This document shows positions 40,627-54,579 of a stretch of DNA of 64,000 bases, piece after piece (the stretch's first letter is position 1; each line of letters opens with the position of its first letter). The translations under genes were made by a program, and so were the position numbers. This DNA is from Proteromonas lacertae (Eukaryota), in assembly GCA_002245135.1 (NCBI GenBank), contig NGBS01000877.1, positions 124,001 through 188,000 of the forward strand. Direction: 5' to 3'. Under the pieces are notes generated by a model. The model had not been told where the DNA came from. It saw only the letters and a list, made by a program, of their open reading frames with translations, and made no database searches.

Positions 40627-41828
40627 TCAAAACTTTTGTTTTCTTAAAATTGCTTCTTCTTTTAGAAAGTCATTAACTCTGTCATGAATTGTTCTATTCT
40701 TTGTATAATCAATATTTTGAACTGGATTATTGAAATGAAATTGTTGCTGTTGATTAAAATTAACATATTTCTTATTATTACCATACAATTCCATTTCCTT
40801 CATTTTCAATTTCATCTCCAACTGTTTCAATTCATTCTCTTTTCTTTTAATCATTTCTTCTCTATTATATAATTCTTTCATCTTTTTAGAATTTCTATTA
40901 TAGTAATATTATATAAATAATACATTTCCATCAATCTATTAGCATCATATTCTCTCACACATAATTGTGTTTCTCTATTGTATGGTTTTAATTTATTAAA
41001 TGCTTGTAATCGATGTATATCAGGTCTCATCGCTGGTTCAATTTGAATCATTTCTCTTATTATTTCTTTAAGATAATTTGAATAATGAGAGGGAATTTGT
41101 GAATATTTACCATCAATTATTCTCTTAGCTAAAGAAAACTGATTTGTTCCTTCAAATGGAGGTCTTTTCGCTGCCAATTCATATATTAAACAGCCAATTG
41201 CCCAAATGTCAGATTTTTCATTGTATTTTAACTCTTTTATTAATTCAGGTGACATATAATATGGCGTACCTACATTAGTAGTAGCATAAGCTGATTTACT
41301 ATTTAAAATCTTAGCTAAACCAAAATCTCCTAGTTTAATATCATTAAATGGATCTAAAAATATATTTTCAGGTTTTATATCTCTGTGTAATATTGGTTTT
41401 AACATTCCTTTATCCATTCGATAATGGCATCTTTCTAATGCTGATAATAATTGAGATAATATCCTCCATATATAATCCTCTTCAATCTCTTTTTCAGCTT
41501 TTCTATACTTCTTCAAAAATTGTCTTAAATCACCTCCTGGTAAATACTCCATTATGATATAGATTTTACCTTGCATTTGATTTATTATTCTGTCATAATA
41601 CTTCACTATATATGGATGTCTCAATTCTCTCAATATATTTACTTCATTTACTATTAGTTCTTTCTCTCTTTCTGACATATCTTCATAGGACATCTCTTTC
41701 CAACATAAGATCTATACATAGTATTAAAAAGACAACACACATACTTTGCCATCAGCTTTTCTTCTGATTTTAGATATTGTTCCAAAAGAACCTTTACCAA
41801 GTATGTTTAATACATCATAATTCTCCAT
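40627..41828 (-). CDS. NIMA-related kinase (NEK2-like)
   Basis: GKGSFG, CWKEM, EVNILRELRHPYIVKYYDRI, ILHRDIKPENIF, DFG and VGTPYYMSPE motifs; coiled-coil tail. Confidence 0.92.
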
Positions 41829-41907
41829 TTATAGCAATTCTATTATACACGATTTTTAAAAATTCTAAACTCACTCTATTTTTAATAATTGTTTAATTCA
41901 TCAGCTA

Positions 41908-43892
41908 ATGATTAAAACAACATACAGAAAGGATTATTTGGAAGGTATTGTAAAACATAAAGGCAAAATGGTAAATTTGATTCAATGCTCACATGATTTT
42001 TAGACAAAACTGATTCTTAGTGATAAGGATATATTATTTCTATCAGAATCGTTTAACTTCTATGTATCTATAGATGATATAATATATACCCGTCATTTTT
42101 ACACAAATTGCTTTTCAATTCATACTTTAGAAAGAAATAACAGTATTAATAAGTTATATTTATGTATCAGAATCGAAAAATAACAAAATAGTGGAATTTA
42201 GAACAAGAGAACAGTGTACTTATGAATGTCAGTGTATTAATGACAGTGATGCAATACATTGGGTGAATCGTATCAACCATTATCTAGAACAATCAAGAAT
42301 CAAACACTATAAAGATTTTTATGGTAATCTGCCTTCTTCTATAATCTCCTATTTGCATTTAAAATCAATTAAAGATTTAGATAAAGATTTTGCTCAGCGT
42401 AGAGATAGAACAATGAGAATTATAGTAAATCCACATGGTGGTAATGGCACAGCTATGGAAATATATAATCAAATTGCAGCTCCATTGTTACTATCATCTG
42501 GAATAAAAACTAAGTTGGAATTAACATCTCATTCTGGTCATGCTTATACAATGGGATTAAATCATAATCCAATTGATTATGAAGGAGTTATATTAGTGGG
42601 AGGAGATGGTTTAATCAATGAATTTGTGAATGGAATAATGATAAGAAAAGATGCAATGATTGTATTAGGATTAACACATATCTTTTTTTTTCTTTAAAAA
42701 TTGTATTAATTCTTTTCTTTAATCATAACTTTTTACCTATTTGTATATTACCATGTGGTTCTCAGAATGGTATAGCAAAAGGAATTGGTACTGGTAATTA
42801 TTATACAGCTATTTATTCAGTCATAAAAAGAAAACTTCGTCATTTTGATGCAATTGTCTGTTATCCAGGTGATGGTAGTAAGATCTATTGTATATCAGGT
42901 TTGGCTTGGGGAATAGCAAGTGATATGATATTAGATTATGAAACTACTAGACAATATGGATTATTTAGATATCCATATTTAAAGGCAAAATGGGGATTTT
43001 TCAATAGAACAAAACATCCAGCAACTATTTATTATTTACCATCAGATGATGAAGATGAAGATAAAGACTCACAGAATAATAATTCAACTTCAGCATGTGA
43101 TAGAATTCATCCAGGTTGTATTCAATGTATGAATGGTAAAGTAATAAAACATCACTTCTCCTTATCGCAATACCAATTTCTCAATGAATTAGAGGAAAAT
43201 CAAGATGATAATAGAAGAAAAAGAGTAAGAAGAGATTCAGGATTATCAATAACTCCATATAGTAGTGTTCATTCCTTCAAATCAACGGATATTCCACCAG
43301 CATCTAAAACATCATCCAATTCATCATTGTTCGAAATAGAAGATATTGAAAATAGTTTTGTCAATAAGAATGTAATACCATTAAATGCTGATAATAGAAT
43401 TGATTATGTTAAAAAGAATCTTAACACTTGGAAGAAACAAAGAGGAAAATTAGTTAAAATGCCATTACCAGAATCTGAATTTACAATTGAACAAATAATG
43501 CAACAGTATATATCTCTTAATAAGTAATTTTTATGAATAGAACTGAATCTGATCTTAGTTCTCAGCAATGGGTGATGGAAAATGGTTATTTTAACACTAT
43601 AGCTTGTGTAAATAGTAATCCAGAGTTTATTTATTCTCACGGAAGCGATGGTAATTTGGATTTACTCATTGCTCGAGTTGGTAATTCATATGAAACACTC
43701 TCTTTAGGAATTAAGTATTTAGAAGGAAAAGAAAAAGATTCTCCTTTAATGACTATTAAAAAGATTAAAAAACTCATTCTTATTTCAGAATATGATCCAG
43801 CTATTAATTTAGATGGAGAATTATTACCAATCACCAAAATTTCAACTTATGAAGTTTGTCCACATTTGTTAGTGATGTATGGAGAATATTAA
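41908..43892 (+). CDS. Sphingosine/ceramide kinase-like (DAGKc family)
   Basis: IIVNPHGG, VGGDGLINEFVNG, ILPCGSQNG and NLDGE motifs. The model needs an AT-AC intron at 42678-42736. Confidence 0.88.
42678..42736 (+). other. U12-type (AT-AC) minor spliceosomal intron
   Basis: 5' end ATATCTTT, branch-like TTCTTTAAT, 3' end TAC. Removal restores LGLTPICILPCGSQNG in frame. Confidence 0.85.
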
Positions 43893-43965
43893 TTAATTAT
43901 TATAACAGATTTAAGAATAATAATCACGATTTTTTTATAAATTTATTAAATTTTTATTATTTTAT

Positions 43966-46321
43966 CTAATTAAACGAATTTGCAGCTAATTGATTGAGCA
44001 TTCTTTCTGAAACTGTTAATTTTATATATTCTCTTCCATCATTACTAATTTTTTGAGATATTAACTCATGATCTTTCAATTCCTTCAACATATTCTTCAA
44101 AGCTCGGTTTGAGTTTACAATCATATCACTAATGCAGTGATGATATAAATCATCAAATGTTAATCCTTTTGTTTTTTTATTTTCTAATTGAAATTCAGCT
44201 AAATATTGAAGTAAAACTTTGTGATTTCTAGTAAGACTTTGAAGAATATAGGTTATACCACTCTCTTTCAAATTCCTATAATAATAATAATAATAATAAT
44301 AAATATTGACATTATACTGATCATTCTTATTGGATGAAATATTTGCTGATATTTCTGTTGTATAAGGTAAATAATTAGTACAATCATAATACATCCAATT
44401 GAAGTTATGAAGTGTAATTTGATCCCATAATAATGAGCTATTAACATGATCAATTGAAGCAATAATGTGAACATAAGGAGCAGATGCAATAATACTAAAC
44501 AAATACATATAATTCTTCATTCTAAATAAATGACCGTCAATATTATGAATGATTAAATAGAGTGGTGTAACATGTGAATTAGAGTATTGTTGACGAATAT
44601 ATTGACACTATAAAAATATAAATAATATATATGTATATACAGCAGCTAATGGAGATGTGAAAGCTTGATCTGATTTGAGAGATTTTTTGATTATACTATT
44701 TATAATCTCTTTGATTGATATTTGAGATTTAAAACCTTCTATTACCATCACATTTTCATTTAATAATTTCATTCTACCAAAGTGATTAAGAAGTAATAAC
44801 TTCGATCCAAATCCATATGTTAATATATTAAAACCAATTTTCATTTGTCTTATCCACACATCATATCTATTAGTAATATAATATGACAATAACTGTTTTA
44901 TTTGAGGTAAATGTTTCATTGGATATTTTGGTAAGGATTTGAAAATTTCTAATAATGTTGGAAGTTGTACATCTTCTTCTTCATTATCTTTATTTTTCTT
45001 TGATCTTCTTTTCTTTTTCATATCAAAAAATGATACTCCTATTTCTTCATCATCTATTACATTATATTCATTATCATTATTATTGTCATTCTCTGAATCA
45101 GATAATAGAGATGGTGGTAATGGAAGTGATGATATATAATCTGAATTAACTTCTTTATAAACCACTTGCGTTTCTGGAGGAAGTTCTTGATGTTGTTTCT
45201 GTGATTCTTTGGATTTGTTGTTTTTTTTACTTCTACTTTTTGTTTTTGTTTTTTTGTTAATTTCACTATTATTATCATCATCAATTTCATCATCATTGTC
45301 ATTTCTTACTTTTGTTGATGTTGTTGTTGTTGTTGTTGGAATAACAACAATTTCACCAAACAATTTCTTCTTTTCAATACAGTCATTACAATACCAATTA
45401 CCTTCAGGAACATCTTTTTTATTCATTTTCATACATGCAATATGATATCCTTTATCACATTCATCACATAATAACATATTCTCATCATCATCACTTCTCC
45501 CACATATTTCACAACAAATATCAACTACAATTTGTGGAGAATGTAATGGACAATATGATAATAAGCATTCCTATATGAATATAATATTAGAAATACCTTT
45601 ACATCATCATAAGTCATTCTCAATCCTCTTTTTCTACAACATAATGGATGATATGAATTATAACATCTCTTTTCATCACATTGTATTGGAGCTCCATATT
45701 TTTTATCACAAAACATACAAACTAATTTGAAACGCTTTTTATCTATTTCATCATAACCTGTGAATGTATTAGAAGAATCAAATGACAAACCATTAACCCA
45801 TTGTACACATGTTATATGACACCACTATTTAAATAAGATTAAATAATGACTAATATACATACATTTGACTTATTTTTGTTAGGAACCATAGAATGGAGTG
45901 AATCTATAGGACAGACACAACATTTCGGTATTTTTCTTAATCCACTTGAACATATATGACATTTAAAAGTTGATATATTCTTACATGTCTCACCTAATAA
46001 AAAACAACCTTCATGAACCCACATATGACATTTTGTACATTGGATTGGTCGATCATCATCTGGACATTCATCTATACCATCGCCACATACTTCGCAGAGT
46101 ATGTTATCTTCTCTAAATTTCAAACTATCATTATAATCCAATTATAAATATACACATTACTTTTATCCAACAGTGGATCATTCAATATATCTTCATCATT
46201 CTGTCTATATCTCTTATTCTGTGATTAGAGATTCATCATAATCATTTACTTCATCCGAAGAATGTTTTCTTCTATTAAATAAACACATAAATTGAATGCA
46301 ATACTTTGTTTTCCTTGGCAT
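43966..46321 (-). CDS. ORC2: Origin recognition complex subunit 2 fused to N-terminal PHD fingers
   Basis: ORC2 motifs GFNILTYGFGSK, LYLIIHNIDG, ASIDHVNSSLLWD and LKELKDHELI. The last PHD finger is in the same uninterrupted ORF (44608-45477) as the start of ORC2. Confidence 0.88.
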
Positions 46322-46394
46322 ACTGTCAATAATGAAAAAATGAGAAAAAATAAATTAAAATGTTTGATTAAGGCTTGCTTCAAGAATCGTTTTA

Positions 46395-48324
46395 ATGATG
46401 TTAAATTCATTGCCGCCATTGAATACGAATGTTCAAAATCACACTGTATTCTATACAATATTATAAATTATTTAGCCAAAAATGTTGAGGATTAGAGATG
46501 GATCACCAACTGCAACTTTTAGACCCAAGCCTGTTAAGACTGATTTAATGGTCACTGCCAAAGCTTCTCCTCCTCCAAGGATGATGTATATTTTTATTTC
46601 TATTGCATTATAGAGAAGTTGAATCTGTTGATCCTGATGATGAAAACGAGGTTCTAAGAAATAGTTTAAGAGATGCCAATATGTTACTTATGAATAAACT
46701 CACTGCGCATGGTAAATTAGTCGGTGGTTCACAATTTCATGCAAATCGTATGAAAGGCATGCCATGTACTAGTTGTCAAGCATTGCATATAGAAATAAAA
46801 GAGTTAAGAGATCAATACAAATCCCTATTACTGAAACACGAAGAAACATGTGCTAATTTAAAAGAAGAGAAAGAAAAATATTCAGAATTAGATGATATGA
46901 AAAGTAAAATAGAAATACAGTATGAACAATGTCAAAGAAATATGAGTTGCGTACAAGCAGCTTATGATAAAGCCCAAACTGAATTAGACAAGTTAAAAGC
47001 TGATAAAAGAAAATGGATTCAAGATAAAGCTGAATTTAGTTTACAGATAACTCAATTTAAACAAGATATAGCTGAATCTGTATATATATTTACTATTATT
47101 AAATTACAATAGAAACTTGCTGTGGCTGATAAAGAGAATCAATTAAAAGAAGTCAAAAGAGAATTGGAAGAAAAGACTAAAGAATTAGAAAATCTGAAAA
47201 ATAATAAAGGTTCAGATGAGAAAATAAGAATCGAATATGAAATACAAATCAAAGAATTGAATGAAAGAATCAATAAATTATTAGAAGAGAATGAGCAGAG
47301 TAATAAAACCATTGACACACTATCCAAATCATTATCAGAAAAACAGTTATTAATTGATCATTTACAACAAGAACAAGAATATATAATAAACAACAATAAA
47401 GAGAATATTTCAACACTTGAAAATGAAATAAAAGAACTAAAAGAAGCATTGAAAATAGCAAATGAAGAAATACAAATGTTAAGGAAGTCTCAAAGTGAAG
47501 TGGTTGAAGTAAAACCATCAGAAACTACTAATAATGAAGTTCAAACAGAACCATTAGAAGATATTAATATCTATAAAGATAAAGTAAAAGATTTAGAGAA
47601 AGAAATAGAAGAATTAAAGAATCAGAAACCTCCAGAACCAATTGTAGTGACAGAAACAAAGAAAGATGAAGAATTAGAGATGAAATACAAAGATCAAGTG
47701 AAGATAAATGATGAACTAAATAAACAATTATCAGCACTGAATTCTACAATTGATGAATTGCATAAGAAACTGACTGATTTAGAGAATAAAACAAAACAAA
47801 GTGATATTGATTATAATGATAAAATCAATGCATTGAAAGAAGAAATTGTGAAGAAAACAGATGAAAATAAGCAATTAGATGAATCAAATAAACAACAATC
47901 TACTCAAATCAAAGAATTAAGCAATAAAGTGGATGAAAAACAGAAGAAAATAGAAGAATTAGAAAATCAAATTAATACTTCCAAACATGAGACTATATCA
48001 AATGTATATACATATTATTATTATTATTATTTATTTAATTATTATATTATTATATAGTCTTTGTTCAATTCAATTAGATTATCAGTAGTTACTCCCAATG
48101 TAAAAGTGGTAATTGGATCAAAAACATATTCATCTGTTTCAAAGCTATCTGATGCTTATATACAGAAGATATTAGATCAAGAAGTTATTCCTGAATTTGG
48201 TAGAATGTATTTATCTGTAGGTGGTCAAGAAAATAAAGAAATGCAAGAATGGCTTAATAGTCTTGGTGAACAGCTTCAAATGTGTATAAAACAAAACCTA
48301 CAAACACAAGCTCCTCAGGAGTAA
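46395..48324 (+). CDS. Coiled-coil hypothetical protein
   Basis: Multi-exon with long heptad stretches; TAA at 48324. Confidence 0.65.
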
Positions 48325-48384
48325 AAAGAAATATGCATTTTTACTTCATCATATTACCAATTTATAGTAATTTAAGCATGTTAA

Positions 48385-49106
48385 TTATTTATCTTTTTGT
48401 AGTAGTGGAGATAATATTTCAGGAGGTAGAACATCAGAATGTCTCATAGCATTGTTGAAGAAGGCAATAGCAGTTCTACTTCTGGCTCTATCTTCATAAT
48501 ATGCAGATTTCTTTCTGTTACTACAATCTCTACATGTACGATATTGCTTGTTACATTTTATCATTGCAGGTCTCTTGTTGCATGTGCTGCAAATGACTGA
48601 GTTTGTCTCAATTACTCTTCTTCTGAAGTTGTCTCTCTGGTACTTTCTAAGTTTCTTTAAACACTCTTGGCATGTTTTCATGACTCTATTACCCTTTATC
48701 CCTACTGGATTCTTTGAACATCTGCGACATAAAGGAGTGTGAAATTCCTTTTTCCTATACATAGAATTATATAATAGAACATATATCTATATAGCCTATA
48801 CTCTTGTACTACAGGTTTAGGAATCGGTTGGGGAGGTGCCTGCATCAAATACTGAAATCGAGGGTCACTAACACTGCACGCATACATACAATTAATACCA
48901 GGACTAACACCACTTGGATTTCCAACATACAATATCTCACCAGGGTCTAACTGTAAATGCTGAATAGGCGCACCTATGACTAATAATAATCATAACAGTT
49001 GCCAAAGAATACATTGCGGTACATTATAATATCCATATACTGCAGGATGTGGCATCGGAGCTGTGTACAAACCATTGCAGCTAGTAAAAGGATGTAGCGG
49101 TTGCAT
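48385..49106 (-). CDS. Pro-rich protein with tandem CxxC-x-CxxC zinc fingers and basic helices
   Basis: CRRC..KTCQECLKKLRKYQR and CSTCNKRPAMIKCNKQYRTCRDCSNRKK. Confidence 0.7.
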
Positions 49107-50590
49107 TTTGCGTTGTTAACGTCAGATTTATCGGTTTAGAAATAACTTATCTGCCAGATAGGCGAACTAGCAATTAAAAAACGACAAAATGGGTTTTTAA
49201 ATGCTTAAGGATTTTTATGACTTCCTTAAGCGAATTAGAAGCATATTTTGAATGCCTTATTCACATCTATACAAATGACTTCACCAAATAGCGTTGGAAA
49301 GCCTTTGTACAAACAGGATTGCACATCACCTATGAAAATTTCATGGCATTTCATTTTAAATGAAGGAAGCGATTTGATATGTCACTCTCATTGCTTGAGA
49401 GGAATATTTTTAACAATGGCCTTGATATTAAGATTATACTTCACTATCAATCTCAATAAATTCAGTTAAGCATGATGAAAAGATAAAATAAAAATTATTT
49501 CGGCCTGAAAATATGTACAACAACATAGATATAACTTTAAAAAACAATTATAACAAAAAGTTCCGTTTTATGTCTTCTCTATTTTTTGTTGTTTGGCTAT
49601 CTTTTATTCAATGTATATAAGTGATTTGATATTCATTATATCAAATCTTATTACCTTCACCTAATGTTTCAATAATATATTATCTCTGTAAGATTAGTAT
49701 GATGTATAAGCATCACTTTGTTCATTCTTTATATACCATATAAATTATATATTTGTTATTTGTTCTGAAAAGTAAACAGTTTATAATGGTAACATTTGTA
49801 ATTTTCCCCATGTTTTAAGTGAAGATGTTATAATTTATCATGTGCTTTAGTGTATCGGCTTCATAGTGAAGTAAAAATTAGTTATTATTAATAAACAAAT
49901 GAATGGCTAAATAACTGTCTTCAGAGGATCAAAATTAACTGATGGTTGTGCAAGCGTATTAAATCAGTTATTAGTAATGTTGTAATGTGATTATAATAAT
50001 CAGATATCACATATGTTTATCCAAATGTACAAAATTGGACTTAAGAAAAGTTGTATTTGCGTTTTACGGTGTATTGCATGTACAATTATATAGCTTAATC
50101 ATTTTTATGAAATATTTGATTAAATAATATGATTATATAAGCCATTAAGTTATCAGCACAATGTATATAAAGGATGCTAATTATCTACACAGCATCACAA
50201 GGCTATAGCTATGAATTTTACATCACATGGGAAGATAATTCTTTCTATTTTATTTGTTAATTAAGAATTAATATATGATAAGTTTCAAATATAAAACACA
50301 ATAAGATAGAGAGTAGGAGGGAGTGAATTGGGAAAAGAAAAACTTGACAATGAAGTAAAAGAATATTTATTGAAAGAAGTAAATGAGATTATGTTCCAAA
50401 AGTTGCATATACAATTCCATATTTGATAGTGAGATATTTTAATAATTGTAATCCTGTTAAAGCACTAAGCGCCTTTTTAGATCAATTTTGTGTATTTGAT
50501 TATAATCACAGCGATTACGAATATATATTGGTTTTTAAACACACAACAACGCAATACAAGTAAAAATTAATTAATTAATACTACATAAAA

Positions 50591-52487
50591 TCAATGTACT
50601 TGAGTAATTGAATGTAAATAGCATTTTCTTGAATTGATACTCTCACATACAGCAAGAACATTCAACTCTATATACCTGTTTTTACTTATAGATAAGAAAG
50701 AGTCAATGCTTGCTTCTTTAACACCATACAATTCACATAATTGAGTGAATAAGTATTTCATATCAGGTAGACATCCTACAACATAATTACTATTAACTTC
50801 TATATCAAGTGTAAATGCATGATTCACATCTTCAACAACAATAGTACCAATATAACCACTTTTTAAATCTTCTATTTTTCTTCTTTTATCATTCTTACCT
50901 TCTACTTCATTTAATACTTGTAGTTTGACAATATGTCCAATAATTGGCAGTAATAACGATTCTTTATATTGTAAATTATCTATAATAGATTGTATGCTAC
51001 TTATAGATATATTATTATCAATATCAACACCATTATTATTATTAGGAAAGAACAGTTCATTTCTTACCTTTTTATTATGCAATATTAATGGTAAAGAATA
51101 ATTCAAATCAGTATGACTGAATCCAATTAACATATTATTAGCATCATTAAATAAAACAGTCTTTAACTCTATATTATACCACATATCAATCATAGTAATA
51201 TAATCATTATCATATTCATATATTGATGATATAGCAGATTTAGAATCATCATTATTGTATATATAATACTGGGAATAATCAGTTGAATATAAATAACAAT
51301 ATCTTTCATTAAAACAACTTCCTTCATTCAGAAATGAACTTTTAACATGCATATTAGTTAGTAGTATATGATTGGATAATTCAATAGTATTCAATACTGT
51401 ATATTGTGAATTGGATCTTAATAAACACACTAACTCTATTGAAGTACTATTATCTCTTACTCGGATATATCGGTAATGAAAAAAACACTCATTATCACTA
51501 TTTCCCTTATTTGATCTTAATAGTGGAGAGATATAGGTGACTATTCCATAGATATTAATATAATAATCATCTGGTGAAAGAAGAGTATCTTTAATTGATG
51601 ATAAAGGTAGTGGTATTAATGAATTATTATCATCTTCATTATTATTGATATTGGTGTTTTTCAAAATCAATATTTTACCTTCTCCTATATCAGATCTACT
51701 AGGATCAGATGGATTTAACTTCAACTCTAGTTTATTATTATATTTGGTGGTTTTGTAATTGTTGATCATTATCATATCTCCTATATTGAGTATACTGTAA
51801 AATTTTCCACATATCTCTGACCAAATACTAGTGTCTATTGTATTACCTTTGATATCTTCAATTATTAAATTAAAACTATAATATAATATATTATATATAC
51901 TGAAATGGATAGATTTCACCATATGTTTGTTTAATCGTATATAATATATATGATTTCTTAATAATCTTGCCATATACAGGTAAATGATTCTTTTTATGTG
52001 ATTTAAGTGATTGTGATATGGTTGGGACATCTGTAGATGGATCAATATGATAGTAATAAGGTGTTGGATCATTATTCCAGAAAGTATTACCACCTGTTCC
52101 TTGACTAACATCGATGAAACTATCATGATTGAATAATGGATAGTAGAATGGTGATTTTGAACATAATGGAGTGTAATCTAGTTCTGATGGATCGATTACA
52201 TAGTCTTTTGATGTGAAGATGATTGATATGTTGTTTATACAGATGATTTGTTTAGGTGGTGATGAATATTCTGATATTTTGGTAAAATATTCACTTATAT
52301 TAATCATACAACCGCATTTTAATTCATTAAACTCAATTAAAGAATTTAATGATGGTGATATTAGAACTTTGGTTGATTGTTCCGATGTGTCTTTAATTTG
52401 AAGATCATACTGATACATAGGCTGCCATTCAAGATCTGGGTAGAATGCTTTTATCACATCTGAACAGAGTGACTTAAATACAGCCAT
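50591..52487 (-). CDS. RADX-like (RPA-related) multi-OB-fold protein
   Basis: YDLQIKD...LISPSLNSLI, YYPLFNHD, KIIKKS..YPFQ and IWSEICGKFYSILNIGDMIMINNY parallel RADX motifs as recalled from memory; one intron. Confidence 0.65.
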
Positions 52488-54579
52488 TACTGTAAAAGTA
52501 AGGACTTCGTTTTTCTTGAGGTGTTTTCCTGAGCTTCTAGTCCATTATAAGTGTGAATTATATTTTTATACAACACAGCTACTTCATTTTTATCTTTGGC
52601 GGGCATTTTGTGAATTTAAAAATAGTTTGACTCATCTCAAGCCTAAAAATGAAAATGTTTTTTATTGTATGAATTTGATTGTAATAAATGATGAAAATGC
52701 ACAAATCAATCATAAATGTTGTGCTGAATAGAAATTATGAGTAATACACTTATCATAAAGTTGTACAAAGAAAGAATTTACTATTATATGCTGTAAATAG
52801 AACAATGTTATTTGAACAAAATAATTGCAAATTTTGAATAGATATTAGATAGAATTAGATATATTCATGTAGTATAAGTAAATATATGACTAAATAAACA
52901 CATTTTGATATGTAGTCCAGTTCATAATATCATAACTGTATAAAATGTGTCTTTGTTTTTAATCAAGGAAAAAATAAAGATTTAAGGAAATACTTTTCTA
53001 TTTTTTGACATTTACATAATATTTAACTGCAATTCTTCACTTATATTGGTATAGATGATTTATCACCATAAATAGATACTTTTGACTATAAATATGAAAT
53101 ATCCACATTTCATTTACACTTCTCTAAATAGTCAACAAATACATCTGCAAGTATGTAAATATGTAAATAATCACATTTTTATCTGTGAAATGCTTTTCTA
53201 TCCCTCTACATTTTAAAATATATGAAAAATTGGGAAAAAGTTATATATCATCCTTTTTCATCTATATATCATGATAATACGCTTTTACCTATTAAGCATC
53301 ATACATTTGCTAACAGTGTATGCCCTTGTCCAGAAAAAATAACCTTTATTTTAAAGATAAAGTGATGTATAGTAAAAATATTTGATTTTTCATCATTTTT
53401 GTTTTTCATCTTGTTCTTTTATAAAAACTCACATTTCAACCTTAAATATACCACGACTAGCCTGTGTAAATCTGTAATAAGATGTATACATTATGTATAT
53501 ATGCTTATATATTGTAAAAATGACTGATAAAATGAATTATTACAATATTTACACACAATTTTATTCTGTTTCTATTGAACAAAAACCCATATTATTTTGT
53601 AATTTACCATTAAAAACATGTGTTTTCTTTATATGAATAGCTGTTGTACTTTCTTTTTTTCTCCACAGTTAAAGAGTAGAATTTAACATAAGTTAGTTTA
53701 GTTAATGTAATAATAGTCTCCATTTTGATAGAAAACAACAATTAAACTACTAAAAGCTTTAATCTGGAGCTTATAATTTCTCTATCTTTTAGTAAATTGA
53801 TTTATGTAACACCCTCATATGCCGAAAAAATAAAGATCTGCACTTATTACACTAAAATATATTCTATGTAATGCTTTTCTATGCAAGCCTTTTTGGAATC
53901 TAATAATTGTGAGTGTAAAATACAGCGCAAATATTTAGCATCCACTTATTTGTTCAAGTTTAGTGTAGACATAAAATAATAATGCCTTATATGCGTTACT
54001 TTAAAATCATATTTGGTGATTCTTAATATATATCTCGTTTTAATTTGAGAGTAGATTAATTAGCCATTTCTAATAACATTATTTGAGATATAACGAATAG
54101 TACATAACGCAACGAAGAAAAAAAGAACTTTCTGAAAAACTAGAAAAATGAATGAATTAATACTGTTATTTAATTTAGAATTGATCAATGCTATGCTTTA
54201 TGTTATTTTAGTTTATCACATAATTAATTTATGAGACTCTTGTATATATTGAAATTTTTGAATTTTGAAGTAAAATATCACATAAATAACATAAAATATG
54301 TGACAAAATATCACTTATGAGGTATTCTTTAAAAATGTGTATATGTGACATATATTAGTCTTAGTACTCTTATATTTTTTTTCATTAGTTTTTTTAACTG
54401 TTTTTGAATCTGGTTTATGAAAAATGATTTTTATATTTTGTCAAACCACATATCTATTCCTTTTTATTGGTCTACATTCATACGCCAGATTTTTAAGTTT
54501 ATACACATTATATTTATTATTAGACAGTTGCTAAGTATACATTTCGTCTATTTTATGTTATTTATGCAGTATACAACCT

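Noticed and set aside
49248..49469. Isolated short ORFs in long intergenic regions (49248-49469, 52516-52731, 54417-54674)
   Set aside because: They are short, have no recognisable motifs, and two start at TTG; no support for coding.
49442..50431. Second CACTA-like inverted pair (CACTATCAA ... TTGATAGTG)
   Set aside because: Only 9-10 bp, no matching target-site duplication and no internal coding remnant; likely chance in AT-rich DNA.
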